The translations under genes were made by a program, and so were the position numbers. A stretch of 40,309 nt of DNA. Origin: Candidatus Kuenenbacteria bacterium. GTDB lineage: Bacteria > Patescibacteriota > Patescibacteriia > UBA2196 > GWA2-42-15. Below, one piece after another: positions 39,447 through 40,309 of the stretch. The DNA is taken from NCBI GenBank assembly GCA_012798565.1, contig JAAZMX010000036.1, positions 1-40,309 on the forward strand, read 5' to 3'. Numbering within the stretch: the stretch's first letter is position 1; each line of letters starts with the position of its first letter. The notes beneath the pieces were generated by a model, which was given only the letters and a program-made list of their open reading frames with translations, was not told the origin of the DNA and searched no databases.

Positions 39447-39844
39447 ATATAATTCTTTTCCCTGTCCAAATAGCTCTGCAAAATAATCCTTGCTGCTTCC
39501 TCATCTCTTCCATGGCCACTCCCGGTTTTATCCGCCTCCACACTCGACAAGCGCTCATCCTGCGTCTCTACCAAAAGTTTGGTCTGGTTTTCCAACTCTT
39601 CAACAAAATAAACCACCTCCTCCGTTTTCTTCGTATATTCACCCTTGAGCGACAGTGGCAAGCCGACCACGATCTTATCGATCTTTTCTTTTTCGCAGAT
39701 TTCTACCAATTGCTCCCAAAATTTGGCTGTCATTTTCAAAGTATCATAAACAAAAGCCTGATTTTGCTCCCGATCAGAAATCGCCAGCCCGACATTTTTT
39801 GTGCCATAATCAATACCCAAAATTCTCGCACCCTGTTTCTTCAT
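39443..39844 (-). CDS. ruvX: YqgF/RuvX RNase H-like nuclease
   Basis: ILGIDYG, VVGLP, DERLSS and AARIILQ motifs. Confidence 0.93.
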   Translation of the reverse strand: MKKQGARILGIDYGTKNVGLAISDREQNQAFVYDTLKMTAKFWEQLVEICEKEKIDKIVVGLPLSLKGEYTKKTEEVVYFVEELENQTKLLVETQDERLSSVEADKTGSGHGRDEEAARIILQSYLDREKNYI

Positions 39845-39912
39845 AACTATCTACTAATTTAAAAATAATTTCTTTCTAACGCACTAACTCTTTAACTCGT
39901 TAATAAATAATT

Positions 39913-40185
39913 CTATTTAGTCAAAATCCTACACCCCTTCTTCTCCACCACAATCGTATTTTCATAATGCGCTGAAAGCGACCGATCGCGCGTCACTGCG
40001 GTCCAACCGTCATCCAAGGTCTCCAAATCATATTGCCCGGCCGCGATCATCGGTTCTACCGCTAATACCATCCCCTCTCGTAATACTTCGCCAGTTCCTT
40101 TCTGCCCAAAATTCATCACCTTAGGATCCTCATGCACCGCGTATCCGACGCCATGTCCGCACAAACTCCGGATAACCGCATAACC
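39913..40185 (-). CDS. map: methionine aminopeptidase, C-terminal part only
   Basis: GYAVIRSLCGHGVG..HEDP, AVEPM and SAHYENT motifs; similarity is lost above about 40185 and there is an in-frame TAG at 40204-40206. Confidence 0.9.
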   Translation of the reverse strand, partial: GYAVIRSLCGHGVGYAVHEDPKVMNFGQKGTGEVLREGMVLAVEPMIAAGQYDLETLDDGWTAVTRDRSLSAHYENTIVVEKKGCRILTK

Positions 40186-40309
40186 TGGTTTTATCGGAAA
40201 CCACTATGGCAATGTTGTTGTATTTATCCTTATCCGAAGGTAAAAGCTGCTGAAGATCAGCAACAAAACCTTCCCTGGAAATCCGGTATTCAGGTTCGGT
40301 AAACACCGG
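40165..40309 (-). other. fragment of an unrelated LarA-like (lactate racemase N-terminal) reading frame at the window end
   Basis: Open frame from 40309 reads ...DKYNNIAIVVSDKTRLCGYPE, resembling the LarA_N VVxDxTR motif. Confidence 0.5.

Overview
Gene-dense, AT-rich bacterial chromosomal segment in genetic code 11 (TGA ends rfbB and rmuC), with almost all genes on the minus strand. Gene content and style suggest a Patescibacteria/CPR (Parcubacteria-like) genome; this is an inference. Housekeeping content: rfbB, rsmI, ftsQ-like, ddl, murF, serS, lysS, mutM, thpR, tRNA-Tyr, dus, the hrcA-grpE-hsp20-dnaK-DUF3467-dnaJ operon with a perfect CIRCE box, the full F1Fo ATP synthase operon, rmuC, ruvX and a truncated map. 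The most notable unannotated signals: (1) two tandem cassettes at 17.26-18.2 kb, each made of a sigma70 promoter, a near-leaderless leader peptide (Ile-rich or Leu-rich), a terminator/antiterminator switch, a small unknown gene and a terminator, i.e. apparent amino-acid-sensing attenuators controlling non-biosynthetic orphan genes; (2) two tandem, separately promoted, highly structured candidate ncRNAs at 25.5-26.0 kb upstream of hrcA; (3) GC-rich palindromic repeat elements found between genes and inserted in-frame in rsmI, serS, an HD protein and mutM; (4) a frameshifted, motif-degenerate polyprenyl synthase behind tRNA-Tyr; (5) a probable chimeric junction at the right end, where a LarA-like fragment joins map.
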